64,000 nt of DNA from Savitreella phatthalungensis (GCA_051599415.1 AP039691.1:434001-498000); one strand, 5' to 3'. Positions 22,088 through 33,590 are shown, numbered from the stretch's first letter. Numbers and translations are program-made. Notes: generated by a model not told the origin, from the sequence alone.

Positions 22088-22347
22088 ATGTCGTCGGAAT
22101 CGCAACAGCGGTCAGTGGTAAGTAAGCGTTAACCACTCTCTTAGGTCGTCGCTGACAAAGCGCATGTAAGACCGATAAGATTGTGCAACCATTGAAGGAC
22201 TTTGTTGGCCAAACGAAGCAGACGCAAGACGCACCCCAAGATGAATCCACTCGAGGTTCTCAAAAAACCATCCCGGACAACGAGCAAGTAGGAGATGACA
22301 CAATCGCCACGGAACTCAACGGCGCGAGGCCCAACATTGTGAACTAA
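22088..22347 (+). CDS. Putative small hydrophilic 68-aa protein (2 exons)
   Basis: Exon 22088-22117, intron 22118-22170 (GTAAGT..CTGAC..AAG), exon 22171-22347 open to TAA. Confidence 0.45.
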
Positions 22348-22422
22348 GAGCACTGTCAGATCAAATCAGAAAGGAAGTCGTAAGGACATGAAAATAAGGC
22401 CGTTTAGAAAAGGTAATATGAT

Positions 22423-22920
22423 CTAAGCAGAGGGGATCTCGACCTCGCCAGCCTTGATGTCGTCGCCGAGCTCCTTCGGGTTGCGTCCATCGACGGTGCA
22501 GCCGACTGAGAATGCAGTGCCAAGGATCTCGAGCACGGTGCCCTGAAGGTTCTTGGCAAGCGACTTGTGGGACATCTTGCGGGCAATCTCGACAATCTCG
22601 TCCAGCTTGATGTTGCCGGAGTGCTTGATATTCTTGGTCTTCTTGCGGTCACGCGGCGGCTCCTTGAGCGCCTTGATGACGAGCGACGATGCCGAAGGAA
22701 CGACGGTGACGGCAGCCTGACGGTTCTGAATCGTCAGCTGGCACGTCACACGCAGACCCTTCCAGTCCTGTGTGGCCTTGGCGATATCTTCACCGACCTT
22801 CTTCGGTGAAAGACCAAGCGGACCGATCTTGGGGGCAAGTGCGGCGGAAGAGCCGACTTCACCACCAGTCGCGCGCAGATAGATGATCTTGATCTCGTTC
22901 GGGTCGATCTTCGGCGCCAT
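22423..22920 (-). CDS. RPL12: 60S ribosomal protein L12 (uL11)
   Basis: MAPKIDPNE...[20 protein letters not shown]. Confidence 0.97.
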   Translation of the reverse strand: MAPKIDPNEIKIIYLRATGGEVGSSAALAPKIGPLGLSPKKVGEDIAKATQDWKGLRVTCQLTIQNRQAAVTVVPSASSLVIKALKEPPRDRKKTKNIKHSGNIKLDEIVEIARKMSHKSLAKNLQGTVLEILGTAFSVGCTVDGRNPKELGDDIKAGEVEIPSA

Positions 22921-23439
22921 TTTTGTTGTTCTTTGATTGAGTGAGTGACTAGACAACTACCACAACCTTGTTCAGAGGCTATTTCTTTACAGTGGATGAT
23001 GTACTGCAACAGTCTCTGAAGGTATTACTGTCGATTCGATCCACCTTGTCTTTGCCCTGGCGTACAGTGGTGAGGTGCCGTACCGTTGGCGCGTGCAATG
23101 CGTGCCTGCCTACCACAGAACCATTCCACCAATCTCGCGAACGATGCACGCATGGACAAATTCGACCCCGACCGTGGGAAAAGAATTTCGAACATACAAG
23201 CCACACTCAAACTATGGCAAATGTGCGCCACCAAATTCAATCACGTGATTGTCATGGGGCAATTTGCTAGCTGTGAGCTGTCAACAGCAGCACTCCTTCA
23301 GGCAGGGTCTTCAGGCGCACTGCCCGAATAAGCATCAATCGAACTTATCAATATCCTCTGTCTTCATTTAATCCATCATTATAGCGTAATCTAATTCTAT
23401 CCGGTTCCCCCGTATCATTGTCGTGTCCATAGATGTCCG

Positions 23440-24825
23440 TCAGCGCTGAAGCTCGGAGCCGATGACCGGGAAGAGCACCTGGCATGCTTTGCTGAGCACA
23501 CCTACAGACTGGACTGCTGTCTTTGGGTAGCTCAGTGCAGAGACCTTGCGGAATTGCAGGAGTATAGAGTAGAAGGCAACGGCAAAGAAGTGCAAAAACA
23601 GCATTGCAGGCTTTTTCGAGACGCCTGATAGGAATCCCACTGGCCCATTCAAGCACTCGCCGCCGAGTTGGAAGTAGCGGAAGCAGCCTTCCTGCAAAAT
23701 GCGCAGCCGTTCGTCATCGGCAGCAAACAGCGAGTAGAGAGCTTGCGCGAGCACGTTGATCGTGGAAGCGAGCGTTTTGCGTTGCCAGTGGAACGTGCCC
23801 ATCTGACCAAGCACGGCTTGTGTGTCGCTGAAGTCTGGCACGACGTCCTTATGGAGGAGCTTTGATAGTAGTAGCACATCGTTCAATGCCACGGTCATGC
23901 CGCCGCCGGTCAGTGGGTGGCGCATATTCATTGCGTCTCCAAACATGAGCAGACCAGGCGTCTTGTTGACCGATGGCGGCAGGAAACTGTTTGGCATAGA
24001 CCTCGGGCGCTGCTCTTCTACGGCGGCCTTGAACGACGGCTTGAGTGATTCCGGCAGGGTGGGAAGCACGTCCTCGAGCATGTAACGCTTCAGGTCTCCG
24101 TTACTGTTCGATGGCAATTGACCCTTTATGTCGACTAGAATGCGGGTGTCGTGCGTTCCAATCTGATAGACTAGCACGGGGGAAGAGCCATCGAGAATGA
24201 CATGGCCGTGATTTGGATTTGGAATGTCTGCGTCTTTAAGGACGAAGCCAACAAAGTTCGACCTGACAACGGGCTTCTTCGGGATGTATGTTGACCTGAA
24301 CTTTGAGAAACAGCCGTCCGCGACGACTGTCAATGGCGCCCAATAGTGCTCGCCACTGTTTGTCTTCACTCCAACAATGACACCGTCATGCTCATCGTCC
24401 GCAACAAGCTTTGTGACTGTCGCCTCGAGCTTTGTGACATTCTTCTCGGCAAGCGCGCGTTTCCGGAGCGACTGCACAAATTTGCCGTGATGGAAGCTGC
24501 GCCCTTCATAAGCGCGAGCCTTCTCACCATTCGATTCTGGATGGTCATCGCGAAGCGTGTATGGAATGTTGACAGACTCCCCGTGATAGATGCACTGGTA
24601 GCCTGCGACCTTGACGGCGTCGATATTCTCAAGCGCATCCCGTAGTCCGAGGTATTCCAGTGCCTTGACTCCACCTGGCTGGAGTAACTCACCAACGATT
24701 CTGTCAGGCTCGCTGAAGTCGCGCTCGATCAGCAACACGTCGCGCCCTTGACGAGCGAACGTCGTGGCCATAGCCGAGCCGAAAATGCCGGCGCCGACAA
24801 CAATGACTTCGTAGTCGCGGCGCAT
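23440..24825 (-). CDS. ERG1: Squalene epoxidase
   Basis: GAGIFG, EPDRIVGELLQPGG, GDAMNMRHPLTGGGM; probable 5'-UTR intron 24930-24827 (GTAAGC..CTGAC..CAG) ending 1 nt before the ATG. Confidence 0.96.
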   Translation of the reverse strand: MRRDYEVIVVGAGIFGSAMATTFARQGRDVLLIERDFSEPDRIVGELLQPGGVKALEYLGLRDALENIDAVKVAGYQCIYHGESVNIPYTLRDDHPESNGEKARAYEGRSFHHGKFVQSLRKRALAEKNVTKLEATVTKLVADDEHDGVIVGVKTNSGEHYWAPLTVVADGCFSKFRSTYIPKKPVVRSNFVGFVLKDADIPNPNHGHVILDGSSPVLVYQIGTHDTRILVDIKGQLPSNSNGDLKRYMLEDVLPTLPESLKPSFKAAVEEQRPRSMPNSFLPPSVNKTPGLLMFGDAMNMRHPLTGGGMTVALNDVLLLSKLLHKDVVPDFSDTQAVLGQMGTFHWQRKTLASTINVLAQALYSLFAADDERLRILQEGCFRYFQLGGECLNGPVGFLSGVSKKPAMLFLHFFAVAFYSILLQFRKVSALSYPKTAVQSVGVLSKACQVLFPVIGSELQR

Positions 24826-25401
24826 CCTGTGTTGGTGTCAGCAAGTGTCGACAGATCGTATGACTTTTTTGTGTGTTTGGGTATGTGTGCATTCGGACAA
24901 CACACACCAGGAAAGTATTCGATAGCTTACTCAATCACAATTTGTACTGACAGTGACGCACGGGGTAATGAAGTTAGTTGCAAAGCGAATAAAGTATAAT
25001 AGGTCTGGGGCTGGCCAAGCGAAAAGGGAAGAGAATGTAATGGATTATATTCGAGTAGCCAATGATCGGTCTACATAGATTTAGCAAAGCGCACTGGAAA
25101 GGAGAATCTCTGACGTGGCGTATCAGGTTCTTGACTGTTCGATTGATGCATGTGATACATACTTAACGCGGATTCACCACAGTTAGACATCCCGACGGTT
25201 CGTGCGCCCGTGGTTCTTCATGCGCACTTCACAATCAAGCAACGTACGATGAAACATAGACCTGCTAGAGTGCCAGGATTGGCGGATAGCCCTGAATGGT
25301 CCTAATGCTATCTGAACATCATCAATGTGAGTAAATTACACTGTTTCCTGCAGACAGTTCTCGTCTTCAAAGATTTGACAATGGTTAGATGACTATGATG
25401 C

Positions 25402-26451
25402 TCACTCAAACAAGATGCCTCGACCATCCTGCTCAACCTGCATCACATCTAAGCCATTGTCCTGCCATAACTTTTGAACTTGCTCTTCTGCCTGCGTGTC
25501 CTCGTGACGTATCAAAGCGAAGATGGCGTCGTACCCGCCTGCGCCTGGAACACCACACAGAAGAACCCCCGAAATTGCCTCTGTCTTGTCGAGGATCTCT
25601 GTCTGCACATCTGGCTCAACTTCAACCCCAGCAAGATCTCCAAGCTTCTTCATCAGTGGTCTGACCGGCGTGCATTGTCTGCCATCTGCGAGCTTGTCTG
25701 AGGATGTCAGCTGCTCAACCACCATCTGGTTGGCCTCATCGATTTGTGGAAATAGTGCAACAGCCTCAGTCGAAGCCAAGATCTTTTTCACCATGCCTGG
25801 CGTGGACGACCCATGTTTGCGGTCGCCCATGAGCAGCTTGTATGGGACCGAGACTGGGAGGCATGTCGCGGTCGATACGTCGTCGAGTGTGGTGAATCGC
25901 TTGTACACACAAGACCCATACACGGCCGACGCAACGTCGAATCCCGAGCCAATTTTTCCCTGTGCTGCGCAATGAGCGCGTTGTGCTAGCGCGTGAATTT
26001 CGTCCAATGATGGATTGCTCTGTTTTGCCGCATAGAGTGCCCCCACCAGCGACGTTGTCAGTGCCGCGCTAGAACCGAGTCCTGTTTTCTTCGTCTCCTT
26101 TAAGGTCTCTTTGATTTCCGAATAGTAATGCGGATCAGCTCGAACCTCGACGTTGCAGGAGAAGCCGCCCGTTGCTGCCAAAGTAGTCCTGACAGCCTCG
26201 CGGACAAATGGATTCGATCCGCCGCGGCTGAGCCTCTCGTCGTCGCTTCCAGAGGCCGACACGACCCAATGAGCGTCCGAGAACTGCGGCGACGTGACTG
26301 TTACCTGCCAATCTTCTGCTGCATCTCCCGCTATCCGGGTGACTTTGCTGTAGATTCGAGCATTCAGCGATAACACTAGCCCGCTATACCGCTCGTCGAG
26401 CACCAAGTATCCGCCCACCAGAAGCACCTTGCCCGGACATGAGCATGCCAT
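25402..26451 (-). CDS. ERG8: Phosphomevalonate kinase
   Basis: PGKVLLVGGYLVL, KTGLGSSAA, AQGKIGSGFDV, GVPGAGGYDA. Confidence 0.95.
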   Translation of the reverse strand: MACSCPGKVLLVGGYLVLDERYSGLVLSLNARIYSKVTRIAGDAAEDWQVTVTSPQFSDAHWVVSASGSDDERLSRGGSNPFVREAVRTTLAATGGFSCNVEVRADPHYYSEIKETLKETKKTGLGSSAALTTSLVGALYAAKQSNPSLDEIHALAQRAHCAAQGKIGSGFDVASAVYGSCVYKRFTTLDDVSTATCLPVSVPYKLLMGDRKHGSSTPGMVKKILASTEAVALFPQIDEANQMVVEQLTSSDKLADGRQCTPVRPLMKKLGDLAGVEVEPDVQTEILDKTEAISGVLLCGVPGAGGYDAIFALIRHEDTQAEEQVQKLWQDNGLDVMQVEQDGRGILFE

Positions 26452-26712
26452 AGGAAACCCGGGCACGTATGTGCGTGTGTGGATGCATGTGATGTTCATA
26501 TGTTAATGTCTCTAATTATTGCACATGTTGGCAGATCACGGTATGCAGGAAGCGTACATAGAAAGCAGTCTACGCAAATCATTTCAGATGAGAAAAGCTT
26601 CAATATGCTATAGCTATGCTGCGTGTTCCAATGACGCGGTCGAGTCACGCCGATGTCATGTTCTCTGGCGTGAAAGAAGATGTGTATATACAAGGAGGTC
26701 ATATATGGCCTG

Positions 26713-27183
26713 TCATAGGAATTTTGGTAGCCTCGAAATGATGGTGGCTCCTAAGCGCACGACGGACGCCGTCCATGTTTGTGCAGGGGGCATTCTTTGT
26801 CTGAGTGGTGAAAGAGTCGTTGCAAAGCCTCTCCGATCGAGCCTGTTGAGCTTTCTGGCTGTCATTGAGTTGTTCTGCGTATTCTGACCTCGTACCGGCA
26901 AACCCATGGCGTGTCTGCGTCCACGATATGTGCCGACACTGCGCAGATGAGCGATGTCCGCACGGATCTTCCGCCGCAGATCGGACTCAATACGCATTGT
27001 CGTCAAATGCTGTCCCAATCTGTTGATCTGGTCTTCTGTAAGAGTGCCAACGATGGCGTGCTGGTTTATGCTCAGGGTCGCTAGAATGCGCTCAGCAGTC
27101 GTGTGGCCAATGCCATAGAATTTAAGCATTGCATAGCGCAGTTTCTTGTGGTCTGGCAGCTGCACACCTTGAACAAGTACCAT
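26713..27183 (-). CDS. SWS2: Mitochondrial ribosomal protein uS13m
   Basis: FYGIG...YRGRRHAMGLPVRGQNTQNN. Confidence 0.9.
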   Translation of the reverse strand: MVLVQGVQLPDHKKLRYAMLKFYGIGHTTAERILATLSINQHAIVGTLTEDQINRLGQHLTTMRIESDLRRKIRADIAHLRSVGTYRGRRHAMGLPVRGQNTQNNSMTARKLNRLDRRGFATTLSPLRQRMPPAQTWTASVVRLGATIISRLPKFL

Positions 27184-27376
27184 GTCGACGCAACCTGGCC
27201 ACAAGCGTTGGCAGCAACGCTGTACTTGTGGTCGAGATGTGGTCGAGATAGATTGTAATAAGATCGAGGTTCAACTTTTACACTTCCAAAACACGTGCAA
27301 AATTGATCGATTCCCTATTCTCGTGGCACAGACATGTTCTACGAAAGCCGCGAGTGTGGCGAGACGATCCGGGTGC

Positions 27377-28978
27377 TTATCCCTGCTTCTCGAGCCTTTC
27401 AGCCTCTCGCTCCTGCTCTGCAAAGACATGAGCCATGTTCACCGCTGCTTGAGGAGAGTCCTTGCAGTAGACGAACATGCCTTGAAGCTGAGCGGGGGAA
27501 ACAGGTTGTCCCGCAGCTCGGACGCGTTGGAGGAAGCTCTGGGCCAGCACGTCGAGGTCTGTCTTGTCCGGGACAACGTCCCCGTAGAATCTTGTGAACA
27601 TGCTCTTTACTTGTTCGTCCGCTGCGTCACCCAGGTATTCGCGCATGTCGACACGACCAGGTCGGATTAGCGCAGGATCGAGCAGTTCCGGATGATTTGT
27701 GGTGAGAAAGGTCAGACGCTCTTCGCTTGACGCTACACCGTCAAGGGCGTTCAGCAGACCGCTGAAAGTGACATTGCTCCCTGCAAAACCCCGTTCTTGC
27801 GACTGTTGCCGAGCACCAGAGGCACCGGCAGTGCCCTCAAACTCCTCAGGGCGGCGTCCCCCAAACGCAGCATCTATGTCTTCGAGCAAGACAACCGCAT
27901 TCTGCGGCACGTTCTGTAGCAAATGATTGAGGCGATCATCTGTGAGTCCTCGCTCGGAGAGATTCAACACGCAGATGTCGTAGCCAAGCTCACCGGCCAG
28001 GGCATTTATGAAGCTCGTCTTGCCGGAGCCCGGAGGTCCGTGAAGAAGGTAGCCTCGTCTGTAAGGAACACCTCTTGCACGGTACCATGCTCTGGAGTTC
28101 AAGAAATCCTTGACGTCATCGAGTATCCGCTCCTTGACGCCTGGCGCAAGCACAACAGAGTCGATAGGCCGGCGTGCTCGAGGCTTGCCGAATGGTCGCC
28201 ATTCTGTCATCATTGCGGTGTAGACAGTTGTCTTGCCCTCTTTCATTTGCAGTGCCGCCCGACGAGCTTCATGCAGAAGCTCTCCGAAGACTGCGCGATC
28301 GCGATAGAGCGTCGTAAGCGTCACTGTCTCCCACGGCATGCCGCTCGACAGGTCCACCAGCTTGCCGTCGCGCTTCCGATCGACCTGGATGAGGCAGCCG
28401 TTGTATCGTAGTAAATGCTTGCCCGGACCGGGCACAAGCGCAAAACGTGTGCCATCCTGCTTTTTCACTGTCGCCTCTGTGTCTTTCTCCTTAGCGAGCT
28501 CCTGCGTCTCGACGGCAAAGTGGTGTGAGCGTAGCTTTGGACCTAGTCCATCTCGAAGCATGTACAGGATCCCACCGCCGGACCCTGTCCTTGCGACAGC
28601 CGACCTGGTACCAGCTTCAATAACTCCACCAGCCGACCCACTCTGTGCCAGGTGCTGCTGCTGTTGCCCCATCCAACCAAGAAACCACGAGTAAGACCGA
28701 TCTCTGGAAGGAATTTCGAGAGTGACGAGCATCGCCTCTTTGGCGAAGCTTGCTCCACGCTTCAACCCTCCTCGTAATATTGCCAAGCCTGCTCCGAACA
28801 CCATAACAGATAGACCTGCAGTCATAAGCTGATTATCACCCGAGGTCAGGGACGAGAGAAAGCCCCCACTTCCACCTGCTCGGACCTGCGTTCGATCGAT
28901 AGTGGAATTAGCAGCTGACACAGCATCATCTGCAGTCTGCGTAGCGATACTCCGCACTGCAGGCTCTTCGCTCGTCAT
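27377..28978 (-). CDS. BCS1: Mitochondrial AAA chaperone Bcs1
   Basis: LVPGPGKH, PWETVTLTTL, GVPYRRGYLLHGPPGSGKTS, LEDIDAAF, LIRPGRVD. Confidence 0.95.
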   Translation of the reverse strand: MTSEEPAVRSIATQTADDAVSAANSTIDRTQVRAGGSGGFLSSLTSGDNQLMTAGLSVMVFGAGLAILRGGLKRGASFAKEAMLVTLEIPSRDRSYSWFLGWMGQQQQHLAQSGSAGGVIEAGTRSAVARTGSGGGILYMLRDGLGPKLRSHHFAVETQELAKEKDTEATVKKQDGTRFALVPGPGKHLLRYNGCLIQVDRKRDGKLVDLSSGMPWETVTLTTLYRDRAVFGELLHEARRAALQMKEGKTTVYTAMMTEWRPFGKPRARRPIDSVVLAPGVKERILDDVKDFLNSRAWYRARGVPYRRGYLLHGPPGSGKTSFINALAGELGYDICVLNLSERGLTDDRLNHLLQNVPQNAVVLLEDIDAAFGGRRPEEFEGTAGASGARQQSQERGFAGSNVTFSGLLNALDGVASSEERLTFLTTNHPELLDPALIRPGRVDMREYLGDAADEQVKSMFTRFYGDVVPDKTDLDVLAQSFLQRVRAAGQPVSPAQLQGMFVYCKDSPQAAVNMAHVFAEQEREAERLEKQG

Positions 28979-29259
28979 CACAAGCGTATCTATGGCTCTC
29001 GGTAGATGCTGAAGATGACCTCAATGCTGGATAAATTAGTCGATCCCATGGGTGAATGAAAATCATGGATCCACTGCATGATCGAATCGGGAAAGTCTGC
29101 ACCAAAGTCGGTGAATGCACAGGATCGGTGACTGCCAAGTTTTGTAAAGATTGCTCATCCGTTGATTCCCTTCGCCTTCCGACAAGGATCCATTCAAGCG
29201 ACGGTCTCCGAGGCTTGGTGAAAATACAACATCAGAGAGGTGCACATTACAACTGAACC

Positions 29260-30372
29260 ATGGCTGGACCTCATCTATGGCTGCGAGACGAGCGCAAGCC
29301 GCTGGAACACAGATCTGCGTTGACGCCGACGACGGCGAAGCAGTTGCTTGATGCTGGATTCCGGATCTCTGTCGAACGGTCTGCCCCTGACAATCGAATC
29401 TTCAAGGACGCAGAGTTTGAGGAGATTGCCGGAATCGAGATGGTGGAGTCTGGTACGTGGCCGAAGGCACCAAAGGACGCCTACGTGCTCGGCCTCAAGG
29501 AACTTCCGGAAGAGACGTTCCCCCTTGAGCACAAGCATATCCAGTTCGCTCACTGCTTCAAGCAGCAAGGTGGATGGAAGGACGTCCTCCGCCGGTTTCC
29601 GCAGGGCGGCGGTACGCTGTTCGACTTGGAGTTCCTGGAGGATGACAATGGTCGTCGCGTAGCAGCGTTCGGATATCATGCTGGTTATGCCGGTGCTGCG
29701 CTTGCCGTCGAGACTTGGGCTCGACAGATCTTGAAGCCAGGAGACAAGCTAGGAGCGGTCCAGCCATACGATAATGTCGATCTGCTGAACGAGCATGTCA
29801 AGTCGCAGATGGACGAGGCTGCGAAGAAGGTTGGTCGGCAGCCTCGGATTCTCGTGATTGGAGCATTGGGCAGATGCGGTTCGGGCGCAGTTGCTCTCGC
29901 ACGCAACGTTGGAATCAGCGAGGAGAACATCATCAAGTGGGATATGGCAGAAACCGCAAAAGGAGGACCGTTTGATGAGATTGCACATTCAGACATCTTT
30001 GTCAATTGCATCTATCTAAAGGACGCGATCGCGCCGTTCGTCTCGCTTGGGCAACTAAACGGTCTGGATGACCGCAAGCTGTCGGTGGTCTGTGACGTCT
30101 CCTGCGACACCACTAACCCGAACAACCCGATCCCGGTCTACTCCGAGTATTCTTACTTCTCCAACCCTACAGTCCCCGTCAAGGGCATCAAGAACGAGCC
30201 ACAAATCGATGTCATCGCCATTGACCACCTGCCATCGTTGCTGCCACGGGAAGCAAGCGAGTCATTCTCTGGCCTGCTCCTTCCTTCGCTGCTCAAGCTA
30301 CAAGACCGAGAGAATGAGAGTGTTTGGACGAGAGCAGAAGAGCTGTTCAAGCACTGGGTGGGTCGCTTGTAG
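29260..30372 (+). CDS. LYS1: Saccharopine dehydrogenase (lysine-forming)
   Basis: LRDERKPLEHRS, GLKELP, FAHCFKQQ, GALGRCG, IDHLPSLLPREAS. Confidence 0.96.
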   Translation: MAGPHLWLRDERKPLEHRSALTPTTAKQLLDAGFRISVERSAPDNRIFKDAEFEEIAGIEMVESGTWPKAPKDAYVLGLKELPEETFPLEHKHIQFAHCFKQQGGWKDVLRRFPQGGGTLFDLEFLEDDNGRRVAAFGYHAGYAGAALAVETWARQILKPGDKLGAVQPYDNVDLLNEHVKSQMDEAAKKVGRQPRILVIGALGRCGSGAVALARNVGISEENIIKWDMAETAKGGPFDEIAHSDIFVNCIYLKDAIAPFVSLGQLNGLDDRKLSVVCDVSCDTTNPNNPIPVYSEYSYFSNPTVPVKGIKNEPQIDVIAIDHLPSLLPREASESFSGLLLPSLLKLQDRENESVWTRAEELFKHWVGRL

Positions 30373-30435
30373 ATAGACAAATGAGATTTATAGCATCTTC
30401 GTGATCAAAGAAGCCTTTACCTGAGTGTCCCAGCG

Positions 30436-31089
30436 TTAATTCGTAAGTTTCAGTAGCCTCTCTTCATCTTCCTTTGTGGCGAAGGACTCCTCGCATCCGC
30501 AGGTGGAGACGACATTGGGGTTATCGAAGACGAATCTTGACGCGAGAAGATCGTCTTGGTATGACATTTTCGAGCCGATGAGTTTCATAAGTGACTTGGC
30601 GTCAACAAGGACTTTGACGCCATCCTGTTCAACCACCTCGTCAAACTTGTCCACTCGATCCACGTACTCCAGCTTGTAAGCACCTCCTGCACAACCTTTC
30701 GCCACCACGCTCACCTTGATCAGCTTGCCTTCTGTCGACTGGATTAGGCGCAAGCGATCAAGAGCAGCTGGCAATAATGTAAGGACAGCCTTTCGAGGCC
30801 GTGGTTTTCGAGCAGTTTTCTTCGTCGGAGCAGTCGAATCTGATGTCGCCGTGCTAGAAGGCTGTGGCGCTGGTCTGGGTGGTTGCGTGGGCCAACTTGT
30901 CTCTGCTGCTGCAAACGCAGGGGATGGCTCGATATCTGCGTGCTGTAGTCTTGCGAACTCTTGAGCCGGTGCAGCAGCACTACCAAGCGCTCGTATCTGC
31001 GTGCGCACCCATGAACGTGTCGGGCCGAGCTGTGAGTGCGGCAACAACAACGCGCGCATCTTCAGACATCGTCTGCAAAGCATTGTCAT
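30436..31089 (-). CDS. ISA1: A-type Fe-S cluster assembly protein
   Basis: RKAVLTL, KGCAG, FVFDNPN..TCGCEESF; presequence from ATG at 31089. Confidence 0.85.
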   Translation of the reverse strand: MTMLCRRCLKMRALLLPHSQLGPTRSWVRTQIRALGSAAAPAQEFARLQHADIEPSPAFAAAETSWPTQPPRPAPQPSSTATSDSTAPTKKTARKPRPRKAVLTLLPAALDRLRLIQSTEGKLIKVSVVAKGCAGGAYKLEYVDRVDKFDEVVEQDGVKVLVDAKSLMKLIGSKMSYQDDLLASRFVFDNPNVVSTCGCEESFATKEDEERLLKLTN

Positions 31090-31654
31090 TGTATTTGAGA
31101 AGAGCTCGAGTATTGCCCTGCTCTCTTCTGAGTGTGTTTTGTCACCTGTTACTGACGTCGAAGTCTTGACTGTGTCAGTACTCAATTACAGGCGTGAGTT
31201 GTAGTGAGCTCAGAATAGATCATGTAATAGAAGATTATTTAACTTCCTTTATGCGGTTCTAAATTTCTGAAGCATTTTTCTAGATAGAACATATTGGACT
31301 TGCTCTACCCAATCAGCTCACTCGCATATAACCTTAGTCACCAACAAATCCAGCTCTCAGATTTAATTGGAGTACAAATTGTAAAATGTTGATTCGTACT
31401 AAAATTACAGAGCAATGACAGAACAATGACAGGCAGGGCTTAGGTAAATAAGTTTCTTTCTTGACCAATTTCATCATTGAATGCACGATCGAAGCATGCA
31501 GACCTAAAGAGTGGCGACATTCCCCTAATCCAATACATACACGAAATCATGATCTCAAACTTAGTGGCATTTCCCGTACTTCGTTTGATGCTCAAGAGAT
31601 CCTTTTGAGGACAGTCTGAAATTGTGACATGTACGAGAAATGGGCTCTACACGA

Positions 31655-32512
31655 CTAGTATGGTCTTGGAGAAGAGACTCGCTGAGCCATGTCGTAGAGC
31701 TCTGCCTCGTTACTGACGACCGGAGAGGTCGGTGCCAGTGGAGAGGAACGTGTGTAGGACACAGTGCGCGTCTGAGGGAGACCATCGGCACGGATGCTGC
31801 CTCGTGGCTGATATCCTCCAGAGTACTGCATTGGTGCTGCAGATTCCTCGTATCGCATTCTCGGCGTGTACACTGATTCAGAGTATGCGCTGCTCATCGA
31901 TGGCGAACCATCCTTGTAAGCAAAATAGCCAGCCTGACCAGCGGCCCCGTTGCTAGGCCCTGAAGCTGGACTGTACAGTGAGGGTACTGTATCTGAAGGG
32001 GAGGCTGCGGCACGACGAGTGTGCTCCTCGGGCGAGTACGATCCAGACGTTATATTGGTCGATGCTTTCCGCTGGGTATTTGCGCGCACGAAAGTATTGT
32101 TGTCGCTCGAATTTGCGTGAGGCAATCGTTTGCGGCGTGATAGGATATCAGGATCCCGGGCAAGCATCACTTTCGCCTCGCTCAAGTTTACATCGAACCT
32201 GTCGGAAACCTCACGCATTTTACGCTCTTCTTCAAGCTTCTCTGCATCGCGCCGCTCATTCAGCGGGTTGTGTCTCTCGGATGCCTTGAACGGCGTTTCT
32301 GCAGTATAGTTCTCATCCTGGTATTTGCCCCGGTTTTCGTCGCTCGGGATAAAGGAGGCTGCTGTCTGCAGGATGTGTGATCTCCGGCTTTCTAGCTTCT
32401 TCTCCTTCTTCTCTTTAGCGAGCTGCTTGTGGTACTCCTTCTCCTGCTGCTTCAATTCGCGCTCGGCCTCCGACTGACGCATGAAAGAGGATGCGCGACG
32501 AAGGAGCGACAT
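31655..32512 (-). CDS. Hypothetical protein (charged N-terminus, Ser/Pro/Tyr-rich C-terminus)
   Basis: 285-aa ATG-initiated ORF filling a gene-sized gap; no recognised domain. Confidence 0.65.
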   Translation of the reverse strand: MSLLRRASSFMRQSEAERELKQQEKEYHKQLAKEKKEKKLESRRSHILQTAASFIPSDENRGKYQDENYTAETPFKASERHNPLNERRDAEKLEEERKMREVSDRFDVNLSEAKVMLARDPDILSRRKRLPHANSSDNNTFVRANTQRKASTNITSGSYSPEEHTRRAAASPSDTVPSLYSPASGPSNGAAGQAGYFAYKDGSPSMSSAYSESVYTPRMRYEESAAPMQYSGGYQPRGSIRADGLPQTRTVSYTRSSPLAPTSPVVSNEAELYDMAQRVSSPRPY

Positions 32513-33356
32513 GCTGCGATGTTGACGATGAAAGAGCTCCGGTGACTGCGCGAATATGAAGTTGTAATCTAGTGTTAGGTTGTGCTTGGTTCAGAGCTAG
32601 CTTGCTTGGTCCAAACTGGTGGACACGGTAGCGTCGGATGAAGAGATGAGCTGATGGGTCCGTGGCGGAAGGATCCTATTATACGATCGAGTAAGATGGC
32701 ATGTGGCATGTGGGGATCAGAGAAGCTAATAATCCTTACGCGAAGACCGAGGCGAGAGCTCCCTCGTCACTACTTACAAAAGTCTGGGCCCCAGCTCACA
32801 AGATTCCTACGTCGATCAGAGACATTCTGGTCGCTGGCTATACAGACCATCGAGGTCTACACGAGCATCAGTCTACCGTTGGCTTAGTCGCTGCTTGAGC
32901 CCAGAGGCTTGTGAGACATACACGGCAGACAATATAGCGTCTCTGAGCTTGATTGCTTCAATGCGAGGTTTGTCTCACTACCTTGGGCTAGACTTCAGGG
33001 TTGAAGTACCCAGTTGAGCGCTGTCCAGATCCGGTTGCTTCATACACGGTCTGTCAGGACGCTCTGACCTCCTTTTACCCGTTGCACAGACTGTACCCGG
33101 TGGAAATTGGAGCTTTTCATCTTTTCCCATCACAGTCATGAATTTTGGCTGATTCAGGCTGGGTTGTACAGATTGGCTGGCTACTGACACTGGTCAGTGG
33201 GCAGTGCATCCACGCATTTACATCCTGTCCCTAATTTGATTGATGCATGGTTGTCTATTCGAAATAATTCACTTCCAAATCGGGTAATCATAGCCCAAGA
33301 TCTCTCGCATCAAGTTCGATTTTACTAGCGGAGCCGGGAAGAGAAGAGTACCGTAG

Positions 33357-33539
33357 TGTCAACTCATCAGCCACACCAGCCCCATTTTCTCTTCGTAACT
33401 GAACTTTCACTTTCGCTGCCGGTTCAGACTCACTTAAAACATCAGACACCACAGACTAGTTCTGTAGCCTAGTCTCATTCCTTTCCCTTTCCATTCCTCT
33501 CTCACCTGTCTGTGATCGAGCCAGTAACCAGCGCCAACA
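33357..33539 (+). repeat. 5' LTR (183 bp)
   Basis: TGTCAACTC...GCGCCAACA, identical by eye to 38370-38552. Confidence 0.97.
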
Positions 33540-33540
33540 T

Positions 33541-33590
33541 TGGTGGACCAGACAGGAATCGAACCAGCTACCTCCTGCTTGCGATGCAGG
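33541..33590 (-). other. PBS extended into a tRNA-Ala(CGC) fragment (positions 27-76 including CCA)
   Basis: Minus strand reads CCTGC-ATCGCAA-GCAGG-AGGTA-GCTGG-TTCGATT-CCTGT-CTGGTCC-A-CCA; U70 and A73 are Ala identity elements. Confidence 0.9.

Noticed and set aside
33541..33590. Functional tRNA gene or bacterial tRNA transfer
   Set aside because: The 5' half (positions 1-26, A-box) is absent. The encoded CCA and position next to the LTR fit a primer-derived copy.
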